Of a DNA stretch of 64,000 bases, positions 62,467 to 64,000 are shown one piece after another. A model generated the notes under the pieces. The model made no database searches and was not told where the DNA came from. It saw only the letters and a program-made list of their open reading frames with translations. The stretch is from Longimicrobiales bacterium. Lineage in GTDB: Bacteria > Gemmatimonadota > Gemmatimonadetes > Longimicrobiales > Gaopeijiaceae. Within the stretch, counting starts at the first letter, position 1; each line of letters begins with the position of its first letter. The stretch is taken from NCBI GenBank assembly GCA_965226375.1, contig CBDDCX010000008.1:32001-96000 (forward strand). The letters run 5' to 3'. A program made the translations under genes and the position numbers.

Positions 62467-62714
62467 GGCTCCCTTGTGGGGGAAGGAAGGATGGGCCATT
62501 GAGTGAGCCGGCGAAGCTCGATTGTTAGGTACGGTCCGGGACGGATCAGTGCAACGATTCTCTTCGGGGTCAAACGGGTGTGAGTTGGAGTCTAGAAGAC
62601 TTCTCGGCGTGTCGGGGACCTTGCGCGACCAGGGGGGAGTTAGATTCTCAGTTCCGTCTGTCCGGCGTTGCTCGTCGAATAACGCATGCATTCATGACAC
62701 TGATAAGGGGTGAG

Positions 62715-64000
62715 ATGCGACCGTTTCGTCGCCCGCTTGCCATAGCTCTGTTGTCCGTCCTTCTCTCGGGGTGTGGGGCCGCCGACGAGGCGGCCGTCGG
62801 GGGGAGCGCCCTCGATGGCCCGACTCTCGTGGTGCTCATCGTGGTCGATCAACTCCGACCCGACATGTTGGACCGATACGACCCCCACTTCAGCGGCGGT
62901 CTTCGGCGGCTGATGGACCGAGGATACCGGTTCCCGAACGGGACGCACGATCACGCCTACACCTTCACGGCGCCTGGACACACGACGTTGTCAACGGGTG
63001 TTTATCCCACCCGTCACGGAGTCGTGGGGAACGAGTGGTGGGAACTACGGGGCGACGAGTGGCAGGAAGTGTACTCCATGGCCGACCCGGCGGCCGGCAT
63101 CCTCGATTATCCCTCCATGGCCGGCCGCTCACCCGCCAACATGTATCGGGGTGGGCTAGCGGAGTGGATTTCGGCGTCGAACTCGGAGGCTCGTGTGGTT
63201 TCCATCTCCCGGAAGGACCGCGCCGCCATAGGGTTGGCGGGCCGGACCGCGGGGGAAGTCTATTGGATGGCCGATCCGGTGGCCGGGTTCATCACCTCGA
63301 GCTACTACCACTCGGAGTATCCCGCTTGGGTTCGGCGTTTCAACGAAGAGGTGATGCCAGGGATCTACTCCGATACGGTGTGGGAGAGTCGGGTGCCCGC
63401 GGAGGCGGAGTATCTCACCCGGCCCGATACGTCCGACTACGAGCTCCGCGGCAGGCGAGCCGTCTTCCCGTACCGCGCGTCGGAGGTGGTGGACATGGCC
63501 GATCCGGCAGCCCTGACCGTATGGCGTTCCCGGACTCCGGCCCCGGATGCGGCGGTCCTGGGTCTAGCCGAGGCTGCCATCGCAGAGTTGGAGTTGGGTC
63601 AACGGTCAGCCGTGGACTTCCTGGCCTTGTCGTTCTCACAGACCGACCGCATCGGTCATAATTATGGTCCGTTCAGCCGGGAGCAGCTGGACAACTTGTT
63701 GCACCTCGATGTCGTGCTCGACGATCTGTTCCGGATGCTGGATGATGCGGTGGGTGCCGAGGGCTGGGTGGCTGGCTTCTCCTCCGATCACGGCATCCTG
63801 GAGGTCCCCGAACACCTGGGCGAAACGGGCGTCGGCTCTCGTCGTTTGGGGCGCGAGGATATCGCTGCATTCCGACGGGCAGTGAATGGCGTCGTGAATG
63901 GAGGTGCGCAGGGGGAAGAGCTCGCGTGGGGCATCAAGTGGGCACTGGAGGAGCTCCCGTTCGTCGAGCGAGCCTACACCTTCGCGGAGGTGGAGGACGT
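62715..64000 (+). CDS. Alkaline phosphatase superfamily lipoprotein (PafA-like), 3' partial
   Basis: Manual translation: LSGC lipobox, VVDQLR, TAPGH, D.IGH.YGP, SDHG. Confidence 0.85.
   Translation, partial: MRPFRRPLAIALLSVLLSGCGAADEAAVGGSALDGPTLVVLIVVDQLRPDMLDRYDPHFSGGLRRLMDRGYRFPNGTHDHAYTFTAPGHTTLSTGVYPTRHGVVGNEWWELRGDEWQEVYSMADPAAGILDYPSMAGRSPANMYRGGLAEWISASNSEARVVSISRKDRAAIGLAGRTAGEVYWMADPVAGFITSSYYHSEYPAWVRRFNEEVMPGIYSDTVWESRVPAEAEYLTRPDTSDYELRGRRAVFPYRASEVVDMADPAALTVWRSRTPAPDAAVLGLAEAAIAELELGQRSAVDFLALSFSQTDRIGHNYGPFSREQLDNLLHLDVVLDDLFRMLDDAVGAEGWVAGFSSDHGILEVPEHLGETGVGSRRLGREDIAAFRRAVNGVVNGGAQGEELAWGIKWALEELPFVERAYTFAEVED

Overview
High-GC bacterial window, most likely Gemmatimonadota (inferred from gene content: DUF1592/DUF1552/ankyrin triad, PD40-repeat Ser/Thr kinase, DUF4382, DUF3179, many exported hydrolases). 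The left ~33 kb is a nested accessory region with four parts. (i) 1-5791 is a tandem array of Tat-exported M19-like dipeptidase paralogs (2401-bp period) with mosaic variants, downstream of a proline-racemase-family gene and bounded on the right by a tRNA(CAT) 3' fragment (att site). (ii) ~12965-15750 is a phage-satellite-like remnant: primase-like C-terminus, a 28-bp perfect inverted repeat, an excisionase-like fragment and a lone terminase large subunit, ending at a tRNA-Pro(GGG) 3' fragment. (iii) ~17990-33040 is a minus-strand integron cassette array with ~150-bp attC sites and no integron integrase in the window. It is interrupted by IS3, IS21, IS256 and IS481 elements and by a tyrosine-integrase element. 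(iv) Many IS copies are decayed. The right ~31 kb looks like ordinary chromosome: a comD/comE-like decarboxylase, D-aminoacylase and peptide ABC operon, aldo/keto reductase, serine hydrolase, PP2C phosphatase, amidase, a disrupted kinase, two exported HpcH-like aldolases, the DUF1592 cluster and an alkaline phosphatase. All family calls are from motif recognition by eye; no searches were run.
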